Assembly (NCBI GenBank): GCA_950097015.1
Contig: CATNEN010000033.1
Coordinates: forward strand, 4,154,001-4,218,000
DNA length: 64,000 bases
Source of the DNA: Macrostomum hystrix
Lineage: Eukaryota; Animalia; Platyhelminthes
Direction: 5' to 3'
This document shows positions 50,901-61,733 of this stretch, piece after piece; position 1 is the first letter of the stretch; each line of letters begins with the position of its first letter. The position numbers and the translations under genes were made by a program. Under the pieces are notes generated by a model. The model saw only the letters and a list, made by a program, of their open reading frames with translations. It did not search any database and was not told the DNA's origin.

Positions 50901-53436
50901 TTACTCTACCCACCTCCCATATCTAATCTGTCACTCTACCTACTTCCCATATCCAATCTGTCACTCTACCCACCTCCCATATCCCATCTGTCACTCTATC
51001 TGTCACTAATCTACCAGTTCGAAATGATCAGGCTTTGTTTTGCCAGCTGAATATTCAATAAAATAAGTAGTCTACGAGCTAATTGCTACTCTGATATCAG
51101 AGTGGGGTTATTCAGTCGTGTCTTGTCGGTGCCTTGTTTATACGACCGAACCCACACTGACCCGTTCAAGCCAGAGCTGACTGCAAAACAGTTACCAGTC
51201 GCCCCCACACCCGACAGGAAGTGTCTGTAAGAGAGAAATTTCACAGTGCAACCCGAGACACAACCGGCCGCCTTAAACTGACTTGCTAACTGGCGTCACA
51301 ATGTGGCCTAACAGGGTATTTGATATGCGAAATTTTAATCCTATTCAGCCAGTCAGTCACGCACCTTCTTTTTCTTGAACAGCTCCGCTGCCAAGAATAC
51401 CTGCTGCTTGGTGGCGGCTCCGTCTGGCGCCTCGGCAATGGCGGGCAGGCAGGCCACCACGCGGCTGCGGCAGCTGTCGGCGCTGTGAACCGTGAGCTGG
51501 CAGACTGCGGATTGGGGCAGCGTGAGAACAAGTGACAGACTGGGTGCGAGCTGTCAGGACAAGTGTCATACTGGGTGCGAAAAGAGCAAGATAAGTTGTC
51601 ATTTGTCACTGCCAGCTAATTTGTGTCAGAGCAAGCTAATTAGTCTCAGAGCAAGCTAATTAGTGTCAGTGCAAGATAATTAGTGTCAGTCCAAGCTAAT
51701 AAGTGTCAGAGCAAGATAATTAGTGTCAGTGCAAACTAATTAGTGTCAGTGCAAGCTAATTAGTCTCAGAGCAAGGTAATTAGTGTCAGTGCAAGCTAAT
51801 TAGTGTCAGTCCAAGCTAATAAGTGTCAGAGCAAGATAATTAGTGTCACTGCAAACTAATTAGTGTCAGAGCAAGCTAATTAGTGTCAGTCCAAGCTAAT
51901 TAGTGTCAGTGCAAGCTAATTAGTCTCAGAGCAAGGTAATTAGTGTCAGTGCAAGCTAATTAGTCTCAGAGCAAGGTAATTAGTGTCAGTGCAAGATAAT
52001 TAGTGTCAGTCCAAGCTAATAAGTGTCAGAGCAAGATAACTAGTGTCACTGCAAGCTAATTAATGTCACTGCAAACTAATTAGTGTCAGAGCAAGCTAAT
52101 TAGTGTCAGTCCAAGCTAATTAGTGTCAGTGCAAGCTAATTAGTCTCAGAGCAAGGTAATTAGTGTCAGTGCATGATAATCAGTGTCAGAGCAAGATAAT
52201 AAGTGTCAGAGCAAAACAATTAGTGTCAGCTCACCGCGGCAGCGCAGCCTGTAGCCGGTGTCCTCGTCAGTCTGGCAGACAGCGCACGGCCCAGAGCTGA
52301 CATTCAGCCAGTCGTGCTCGCCAGGTGTCTGCGGAGCAGTCGGCGTTAGGCCCAGCTGCTGCTGCTGCTGCTTGTGCTTCATGCGGTAGCTGCTGCCCAG
52401 CCTGAACAGAAAGCTGCGCCTCTTCTTTCGGGTGTGCTGCTCGCTTTCAATTGTGTTATTTTGGGGGGGGTTGGTGGAAGAATGGAGCCCAAGTGCTTCC
52501 AGACAAGTTGGCAGCTTGGAAATCCTTTTGAACCGCCGGCCGATCAGACCGTGGCTAAGGAATAATTTCCCCAATAAAATTCAGGCCAGTATCGTCACTC
52601 CCAGCTTACGTCCCCAAAGTCTAGCCCTGTTTTCCTTTGCTTCGAGTGGCGAAATTGCAGCGAATTTTCAGTCAGGCCCAACCCCACGGGACAGCCTCGG
52701 GTGTTTAGAAGGCTTATAGGGTCGCTGCAACAGATCTCGACCACCAGTTGTCCTAGAAACTAGGCCAGAGTTGGTTAAATTAGGATGATGATGCTGCTGC
52801 TGCTCCTGCTCCTTGTCGAGCGAGTTAAAAAGTGTGAAGAAAAATTCCAAAATGCGCTTCTGTTCGAGCCGAAATTTCCGCCTCAGTTGTCTAATTGCGT
52901 GGGCGTCAGACGAGAAAGTGGACTGAGGAATTTTTGCCAGAGACAAGCTCGACAGGACGGGCCCACGAGACGATGAGCAGTTTTTTAAGAAGACACTTTG
53001 AGACTGCAACCAGAATGCCTTGGAGATGAGATTTATAAATACTTTTTTATATGCCGCAGAAGAATAGAATGTGAAAAAGCAGTTCTGACTACTGACAGCC
53101 AAATCTCAGTAGAGTGATACGAATATGTGCAGTAAAAATATAAACTTTCAGCTAGGAAAAAGCTGAGCACGAATAGCTTACGCGCTCAAATCGCCGATCA
53201 GAGACGGCGTGCTGATCGATCTTGCAGCGGCGGAGAGGGCGAGAGCCGAAGGCGTTGTCGACGTTGTCGCCGAGTTGACGACATCGACTGTTGGCGCGGT
53301 TGGCGACAGCAAAGGCGATGGCGAGGTCAACGGTGACTGTGGAGGCATTGTGCCGGTGACCGGTGCCGAAAAATGGCTATGCTGCGTTGTCGGTGGAGTC
53401 ACCTTGCTCCAGGCTTCTGATAACGTATCCTGATGA

Positions 53437-53472
<36 letters not shown>

Positions 53473-55701
53473 TGTTGCTGGAGATCCTCCATCGACTTGC
53501 CAGTCTCTGTCTGCACACAAGCAGTTTCGCGATGTCCATCCTGCATTTGTTACGGAGTTGGACTGGCTTTGCATCTAAATTTTGAATGACAAGAATATAA
53601 TATAATGGGCACAGAGCGTTTTGGTCAGTGAACTTTCTGGTTAAATACTTCTGGAAAAATATTAAATGAACACAGCCTCTAAACACATCTCACCTCGTCC
53701 GTGTCGGATTCTGCACTGCACAGGTAGTAGTGCTCTGAAATGATCAAAATTACCATACTAGTCAAATATAGTCTCGCTTTATGATAACAACATAATATAC
53801 TTGCAATATACTTGTTATACTTGTTAGATTCCGCTAAACGCTGAGCACAGACACAGCTGGGCACATCTGCTCTGAATTTTTCATCGTCAGGTGGTGTACA
53901 GTCTCACTGCGTCTTTGGCGGGTTGGTTGACCTCCTGGACGTAAATTGCACGACAAAGCCCCCAGCCTCCCCTCCGCGGAACCCCTGTCACATGCTTGTG
54001 GTTAAGGGGATTCCCGCAACAATACTTTCTAAAAATAGTATCAACTGGGCCTCCCCTCCCGGCAGCCAATCAAATCTGACGGGATTGGCGGGCCAATGCA
54101 GCTTGGAGTGCTGGCACCCACCCCTCGCGTGGCTGGCCTCCAGGCCAGGAAACACAAGCAGGTCCTGGTCCAGCGCTGAGGTGGCCGACTTGGCTAGATT
54201 GGTTGTCATGACAACCAGCGGGGCGGCTGTCGGCGTCCGCCAGCTGGCGACTCGAACGACGGCGTCCTCCGGGCCGGGACGGCGACGCTGACGACGTCGG
54301 GCGGCCGCGGAAGCGACGGCGCGCAGCCATAGACGTAGGCGCTCCGACGAGGCCATCGCCGACCGGGGACACCTACGGTCGCTTAGCAACGCTTGCCGCA
54401 GCCGGTCATCGTCCAGCCATGGATCCATCGACGCTGATGCTGCAGACTGCGAAGAGAGATGGACGAGCAGCTCAACGAGGCTCTCCAGCCAGCCGCGGAC
54501 TGCCAACCAGAGCAGCACCGACAGTTCCGGATGGTCGTCGTTGACCCAGTTTTTGAAGTCGTCTTCGCCTACAGTCAAGCGACTCAGAGCGTCGCCGAGA
54601 CGTCGATCGTCGGTGTCGTCGGCGTGGGCGTCGGTGTCGGCGAGGTTGGCCAGCTCCGGCGGCACCGACGGGAAGTTGGCGGCAATGGCCGCGGCAACAG
54701 CGGCCATGGGATCCGGGACGAAGGTGAAACTGAGATCGGCGAGAATCGGTTGAGAATCGGCCGACGACGTCGAAGGATGAACGGCAGCGGCGGCGGCGGC
54801 TGCCGAGGGCAGCCTATGCAGGCTAAGCCGAACGGTTTCCGGGGCATCGTGCTCTGCAGATTTAAAGTCATCCCATAGGGTTTTTTAGGAAATCCTCAAA
54901 CGCTAAAGAAAGCCTCTGGATGGGAATCCCCAAGATATAAAATCCTCCAAAAATAACCTTAGGATGGGGAATTCCCAAATGAGCGAAGCCCCCCTAAGAT
55001 GAACAGCGATCGGGAATTCCCAAGTGAACGTAAATCCTCAGGTTTGGGATAATCGATATCTGGACGAGCAAAGGTAAAGAGGATAATTTTAAAGCGATTC
55101 GACAATAAACAAGTTTCCCAACTGGAGTTGTCACCAGCGGACTCACCTGGGATTCTGGAGAACAGCGCCCCGCAGCCGGGGACCAGTTCGCAGGACGCCA
55201 GGTGGCGCCTGTTGAGTCCCTCGTAGACCAGGCAGTAGCGACGACCGGCGGTTAGCAGCTTCTCATCCGACAGGTGAATGAAAATTGGGTCGCCTCCCTA
55301 AAGAGAAACAAATGGCAGGAAATGCCCGCTATGTACTACTATTTAATAAGACACAAAGTGGTACGGCTTAGCTTAAGTAGAAAGTGGCGACAGTGCCTGT
55401 GCCTATAATGCCAGTTTCAATAGCCTGGCCTGCTATGTTCGATAAATTAAATAAAACCAATCCGAATAGCTAATAAATGAGCTAAATATGACTTTGTTTA
55501 TCCGCGCTGATTCAAGTCTAGACTGTGACCCAGAGGACTAAGGACTAAGGAATGTGGGGGCATAGGCCAGCTCACAGTTAAGGAGGCCTGCTTCGGCACC
55601 AGCGCGGCCTTCTGTGTTGATGCAGCCGGAGCTGCCTGAGCCTCCGGGTGGGGCTTGAAGAAGCTCCAGAAGCTGCTGTCGGCGCTGTTGCCCTTCTGCA
55701 T
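38298..55701 (-). CDS. Lbc-family Rho guanine nucleotide exchange factor (AKAP13/ARHGEF28/ARHGEF18-like): N-terminal AKAP13-type domain, C1 zinc finger, DH, PH, coiled coil; ~1560 aa
   Basis: Exons 55701-55576, 55297-55147, 54853-54122, 53734-53694, 53540-53182, 52554(or 52443)-52235, 51504-51365, 48385-48216, 43159-42880, 42552-42124, 41867-41229, 40944-40351, 39099-38713 and 38621-38298 are all GT-AG and phase-compatible. Motifs: C1 HDW..CAVC..CRVCQLTVHSADSC; DH VYELVSTEISHLRNLRVL and LYLVVTQRLAKY..SVND; PH LLLSDSLLFLQE..RTKWLNRI; LPKRADTFSGYD (Lbc-family signature). Additional exons in the long introns are possible. Confidence 0.88.
39975..40320. repeat. Degenerate 32-35-bp minisatellite GAAG(C/T)GAGTGTGCTCAAACCTCATC..., ~10 copies
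   Basis: Direct reading; starts ~30 nt from donor 40350. Confidence 0.92.
40998..41100 (+). mobile_element. tRNA-derived SINE-like fragment, antisense in a RhoGEF intron
   Basis: A-box-like TAGCCCAGTGG (41000) and B-box-like GTTCGAATC (41040), followed by CACCCAGCTGTATAAATGGGTACC, which resembles metazoan SINE central domains. No tRNA cloverleaf end. Confidence 0.55.
42572..42835. repeat. 20-bp minisatellite GGTAGACAGAGAAGTAGA(T/A)T, ~13 copies
   Basis: Direct reading; fills intron 42553-42879. Confidence 0.97.
43663..43831. repeat. (GAGT)n microsatellite, ~42 units
   Basis: Direct reading. Confidence 0.99.
44384..44643. repeat. 22-bp minisatellite GAGGGTCAGACACTGAGGAAAG, ~12 copies
   Basis: Direct reading. 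TCAG-aca-CTGA hairpin. Confidence 0.97.
44939..44980. repeat. (GCT)n microsatellite, ~14 units
   Basis: Direct reading. Confidence 0.95.
45285..46190. repeat. ~20-bp monomer array with a 160-bp (8-mer) higher-order repeat; GTTTC-NNN-GAAA(C) core
   Basis: AGAAAAGCTC-type marker recurs at about 45361, 45521, 45681 and 45842. Confidence 0.93.
47240..48010. repeat. Polypyrimidine (+ strand) array, ~22-bp CACCTCTTC-core monomers in a 90-bp tetramer
   Basis: Direct reading; 22+24+22+22 nt block repeated. Confidence 0.95.
49011..49935. repeat. 20-bp minisatellite GACAG(A/G)CAGTTACAGA(A/T)GAT, ~46 copies
   Basis: Direct reading. Confidence 0.98.
50526..51005. repeat. 29-30-bp minisatellite ATATCCCATCTGTCACTCTACCCACCTCCC, ~16 copies
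   Basis: Direct reading. Confidence 0.97.
51612..52230. repeat. 20-bp minisatellite AGTGTCAG(T/A)GCAAGCTAATT, ~30 copies, filling the intron that splits the C1 domain
   Basis: Direct reading. CTAATTAG palindrome. Confidence 0.97.
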
Positions 55702-56319
55702 GCTGAGCAAGACCGTCTAGATCTGACTGACGGACAATGATAGCATTGCGTTGAAATTGCCGCGCTGTATATCACAATCCACGCCCTCTAAAACCGGTTT
55801 GTTTTGCTTCGCCTTGTATATAGGTGGCTGGCAGCCTGGTAGGGCAATGGCCGGGGCCGCCCTAAATGTACTTTGGCCGATCGAACACTAAATCTCTACA
55901 ATGAAAACTGAGAGAAAGGTATAGAGAGGAAGTGGGACAGAGTTGGTTGGCTGTGGTGTGGGGTGCACAGTTGAAGCTTATTGATTATTTTCTCTGATTT
56001 CTGTCTTCCAATATTCCACGGGCCTAGGGGAGCAGGGCTGGCTTTCTGTGCAATCCGGAGCAGTAACGTGAGCGCCAAGGCCAAGCTGTGAGTGTTTTTG
56101 TAGCTCCAGTCGAGCTGCCAAGTGCCCAGCGAACACCGCGAAAGCATAGGCGATTATTGGACTGATCAGGCCTGTCAAAATATGGCCAAAGTACTAGAAA
56201 GACCGGATAAACAAGGAATAGGAATCTGCGGAAGCGAAACCCGAGAGGATATGAGCAGTGGCTGGCGAAAGGAAAAACTAAAGGACCTTGGGAGACTCGT
56301 GGCGTCTTGGAAGAACGGA

Positions 56320-57800
56320 ATGGGAGAAGAGACTGAAGGAAATAGGAGAAGGGAATGGGAGAAGGAAATGGGAGAAGGGAATGGGAGAAGGAAATGGGAG
56401 AAGGAAATGGGAGAATGGAATGGGAGAAGGAAATGGGAGAAGGGAATGGGAGAAGAGAATGGGAGAATGGAATGGGAGAAGGGAATGGGAGGAGGGACTG
56501 AAGGTAATGGGATAAGGAAATGGGAGAATGGAATGGGAGAAGGGAATGGGAGAAGGGAATGGGAGAAGGGAATGGGAGAAGGGAATGGGAGAAGGGAATG
56601 GGAGAAGGGACTGAAGGTAATGGGATAAGAAAATGGGAGAATGGAATGGGAGAAGAGAATGGGAGAAGTGAATGGGAGAATGGAATGGGAGAAGAGAATG
56701 GGAGAAGAGAATGGGAGAATGGAATGGGAGAATGGAATGGGAGAAGAGAATGGGAGAAGAGAATGGGAGAATGGAATGGGAGAAGAGAATGGGAGAAGAG
56801 AATGGGAGAAGAGAATGGGAGAAGGGAATGGGAGAATGGAATGGGAGAATGGAATGGGAGAAGAGAATGGGAGAAGAGAATGGGAGAAGTGAATGGGAGA
56901 AGGGAATGGGAGAAGGGAATGGGAGAAGGGAATGGGAGAAGTGAATGGGAGAATGGAATGGGAGAAGTGAATGGGAGAAGGGAATGGGAGAAGAGAATGG
57001 GAGAATGGAATGGGAGAAGGGAATGGGAGAAGGGAATGGGAGAATGGAATGGGAGAAGTGAATGGGAGAAGTGAATGGGAGAAGTGAATGGGAGAAGTGA
57101 ATGGGAGAAGTGAATGGGAGAAGTGAATGGGAGAAGGGAATGGGAGAAGAGAATGGGAGAATGGAATGGGATAAGGAAATGGGAGAAGAGAATGGGAGAA
57201 TGGAATGGGAGAAGAGAATGGGAGAAGAGAATGGGAGAAGAGAATGGGAGAAGGGAATGGGAGAATGGAATGGGAGAATGGAATGGGAGAAGTGAATGGG
57301 AGAATGGAATGGGAGAAGTGAATGGGAGAATGGAATGGGATAAGGAAATGGGAGAATGGAATGGGAGAAGGGAATGGGAGAAGGGAATGGGAGAAGTGAA
57401 TGGGAGAATGGAATGGGATAAGGAAATGGGAGAATGGAATGGGAGAAGGGAATGGGAGAAGGGAATGGGAGAAGTGAATGGGAGAATGGAATGGGAGAAT
57501 GGAATGGGATAAGGAAATGGGAGAATGGAATGGGAGAAGGGAATGGGAGAAGGGAATGGGAGAAGTGAATGGGAGAAGTGAATGGGAGAATGGAATGGGA
57601 TAAGGAAATGGGAGAATGGAATGGGAGAAGGGAATGGGAGAAGGGAATGGGAGAAGGGAATGGGAGAAGGGAATGGGAGAAGGGAATGGGAGAAGGGAAT
57701 GGGAGAAGGGAATGGGAGAAGGGAATGGGAGAATGGAATGGGAGAAGGGAATGGGAGAAGGGAATGAGAGAATGGATTGAGAGAATGGAATGGGAGAAGG
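56320..57800. repeat. Polypurine 13-bp minisatellite ATGGGAGAA(G/T)(G/A)GA, ~1.5 kb
   Basis: Direct reading. Confidence 0.98.
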
Positions 57801-58273
57801 AATGGTATTGAAGTAGGGGGGTTTGCAAAGGAGAAGCAATGAGTTGACAGGACATGGACAGACAATCAGTTTACTCAGTGTACTCGTACGCTCTTCTGAG
57901 CAAGCGATAGTGAAAAAACTGAATCAGAACAGGAACCGACCTTGCTTGCTAAACTTTAGTGCAGAAAATCGTTTGCACAGCAAGAAAAGATCAACCGCAC
58001 TGCAGCTGATCTCACCGCGTTGGCTCACGCCAGAGGGTAGACACAATTCTGAGCAGTCAGCAGGTTAAAGTGCAAGCGAACTGAGAACTCCGATTGTCTA
58101 TTCGCCAAAGCGTGGGTGAAAAATGAACGCACCATTTATGGGAAGCAGCAGGTTGGAATTCAGGAATGCAAATGATCCCGATTAACTGCTCAAGCAATAG
58201 CCGCTGCTCAAACTTTGGGATAACAATGCTACGCAGCACTTGCGTGTCACATGATGAAAATATCGAAGCTGAC

Positions 58274-59582
58274 AATTCACAATCACAGCACTGAGTATTC
58301 ACAATCACAGCACTGAGTATTCACAATCACAGCACTGAATATTCACAATCACAGCACTGAATATTCACAATCACAGCACTGAATATTCACAATCACAGCA
58401 CTGAATATTCACAATCACAGCACTGAATATTCACAATCACAGCACTGAGTATTCACAATCACAGCACTGAATATTCACAATCACAGCACTGAATATTCAC
58501 AATCACAGCACTGAGTATTCACAATCACAGCACTGAGTATTCACAATCACAGCACTGAGTATTCGCAATCACAGCACTGAGTATTCGCAATCACAGCACT
58601 GAATATTCACAATCACAGCACTGAATATTCACAATCACAGCACTGAATATTCACAATCACAGCACTGAGTATTCACAATCACAGCACTGAATATTCACAA
58701 TCACAGCACTGAGTATTCACAATCACAGCACTGAGTATTCACAATCACAGCACTGAGTATTCACAATCACAGCACTGAATATTCACAATCACAGCACTGA
58801 GTATTCACAATCACAGCACTGAGTATTCACAATCACAGCACTGAATATTCACAATCACAGCACTGAATATTCACAATCACAGCACTGAATATTCACAATC
58901 ACAGCACTGAATATTCACAATCACAGCACTGAGTATTCACAATCACAGCACTGAGTATTCACAATCACAGCACTGAATATTCACAATCACAGCACTGAGT
59001 ATTCACAATCACAGCACTGAGTATTCACAATCACAGCACTGAATATTCACAATCACAGCACTGAATATTCACAATCACAGCACTGAATATTCACAATCAC
59101 AGCACTGAATATTCACAATCACAGCACTGAGTATTCACAATCACAGCACTGAATATTCACAATCACAGCACTGAGTATTCACAATCACAGCACTGAGTAT
59201 TCACAATCACAGCACTGAGTATTCACAATCACAGCACTGAATATTCACAATCACAGCACTGAGTATTCACAATCACAGCACTGAGTATTCACAATCACAG
59301 CACTGAGTATTCACAATCACAGCACTGAATATTCGCAATCACAGCACTGAGTATTCACAATCACAGCACTGAGTATTCACAATCACAGCACTGAATATTC
59401 ACAATCACAGCACTGAGTATTCACAATCACAGCACTGAATATTCACAATCACAGCACTGAATATTCACAATCACAGCACTGAATATTCACAATCACAGCA
59501 TTGAATATTCACAAACACAGCACTGAATATTCACAATCACAGCACTGAGTATTCACAATCACAGCACTGAATATTCACAATC
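58274..59582. repeat. 22-bp minisatellite ATTCACAATCACAGCACTGA(G/A)T, ~59 copies
   Basis: Direct reading; essentially one bi-allelic position. Confidence 0.99.
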
Positions 59583-60013
59583 ATTCGTTTACAAGTTGTA
59601 AAAACGATTTTTGAAAGCATTTTTTCAGAATGTAAGTTAGAATGGCAAAATAAATAGTCAGTAAATAAGATGGTTATTATTTTAATCCGCCACCAAAACA
59701 GCAGATGCGTGAGTCTGCCAACGCTCATTTCTTGAGCAAGCAAAACAGTTTTCGTTTTTTTTATAAAAATATATTTTTAAGGCGGCCTTTAGAAGGCCGA
59801 CACAAAACTACAAATTTTTATAGCTATATTTAGCACCACACCGGTCATGTCATACAAGCACATATGGCAAAACACAAATGGCTTAAATGTACCAAAAGAT
59901 GACAGACGCGCCACAGTTGCTTGAAGGCTCACGAGAAACTGACAGAAATGCATTTAAAAGTAAAAACATCAAGTACAGAACAACAAGAATGAAAAACAGA
60001 CAACATGAAATAA

Positions 60014-61204
60014 ACACCTGAACCTATGAACTGTCACACCTGAACCTATGAACTGTCACACCTGAACCTATGAACTGTCACACCTGAACCTATGAACTGT
60101 CACACCTGAACCCATGAACTGTCACACCTGAACCTATGAACTGTCACACCTGAACCTATGAACTGTCACACCTGAACCTATGAACTGTCACACCTGAACC
60201 TATGAACTGTCACACCTGAACCTATGAACTGTCACACCTGAACCTACGAACTGTCACACCTGAACCTATGAACTGTCACACCTGAACCTATGAACTGTCA
60301 CACCTGAACCTATGAACTGTCACACCTGAACCTACGAACTGTCACACCTGAACCTATGAACTGTCACACCTGAACCTACGAACTGTCACACCTGAACCTA
60401 CGAACTGTCACATATGAACCTATGAACTGTCACACCTGAACCTATGAACTGTCACACCTGAACCTATGAACTGTCACACCTGAACCTATGAACTGTCACA
60501 CCTGAACCTATGAACTGTCACACCTGAACCTATGAACTGTCACACCTGAACCTATGAACTGTCACACCTGAACCTATGAACTGTCACACCTGAACCTATG
60601 AACTGTCACACCTGAACCTATGAACTGTCACACCTGAACCTATGAACTGTCACACCTGAACCTACGAACTGTCACACCTGAACCTATGAACTGTCACACC
60701 TGAACCTACGAACTGTCACACCTGAACCTACGAACTGTCACATATGAACCTATGAACTGTCACACCTGAACCTATGAACTGTCACACCTGAACCTATGAA
60801 CTGTCACACCTGAACCTATGAACTGTCACACCTGAACCTATGAACTGTCACACCTGAACCTATGAACTGTCACACCTGAACCTATGAACTGTCACACCTG
60901 AACCTATGAACTGTCACACCTGAACCTATGAACTGTCACACCTGAACCTATGAACTGTCACACCTGAACCTATGAACTGTCACACCTGAACCTATGAACT
61001 GTCACACCTGAACCCATGAACTGTCACACCTGAACCTATGAACTGTCACACCTGAACCTATGAACTGTCACACCTGAACCTATGAACTGTCACACCTGAA
61101 CCCATGAACTGTCACACCTGAACCTATGAACTGTCACACCTGAACCTATGAACTGTCACACCTGAACCCATGAACTGTCACACCTGAACCTATGAACTGT
61201 CACA
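60014..61204. repeat. 22-bp minisatellite ACACCTGAACCTATGAACTGTC, ~54 copies
   Basis: Direct reading. Confidence 0.99.
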
Positions 61205-61676
61205 TTTTCTAACTACTAAATAACCTACTCAGTCTCACTGTCACACGTCGACGTATTAAGGAACTGTCTGAAAATTAAATAATTTTGGTGCACCTTTCTT
61301 GAAAAAAAGCTATATGCAGCACAACAAACACGAGAAGGAAAAAATAGACGAATATGTAAAAAGGTAGCACTTTGTTTTGTAAAAAACGGACCATAATTTG
61401 CAATGGAAACAAAAAGTACCAAATGCCTTCAAAAATAAAAGCTATAAAAATGCTACTTAAAAATATTTGTTACATGGAATTTACGAGGAGAAAAAATACT
61501 AAACACCGGTGATATTTAATAAGAGAAAAAACTTATTGATTTTCAAATGTTGTCATTAGCAACCAATACGAGTATGTTGTTAGATTGAAAAAACTGAAAA
61601 GTATGATACAAAAAAGCAAAAAAATTTTATTGACAACACAACAAAAATTGTCCGGCAAAGAAATAAAATCAACAAT

Positions 61677-61677
<1 letters not shown>

Positions 61678-61730
<53 letters not shown>
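61678..61730. repeat. (CAG)n, ~17 units; (CUG)n on the sense strand just after the putative stop codon
   Basis: Direct reading. Confidence 0.95.
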
Positions 61731-61731
<1 letters not shown>

Positions 61732-61733
61732 AG

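Noticed and set aside
51286-51609. Alternative C1-like reading TCPDSSHPVCHLFSRC
   Set aside because: Splice phase is incompatible with donor 52234. The phase-1 acceptor at 51505 gives a better C1 half (VCQLTVHSADSC).
52668-53102. 144-codon sense ORF with QQQHHH inside a RhoGEF intron
   Set aside because: No ATG start and no phase-2 acceptor found to join it to donor 53181; left unresolved.
56024-57865. Several 500-600-aa FSHSLLP-type ORFs
   Set aside because: All frames are open only because the purine/pyrimidine array lacks stops.
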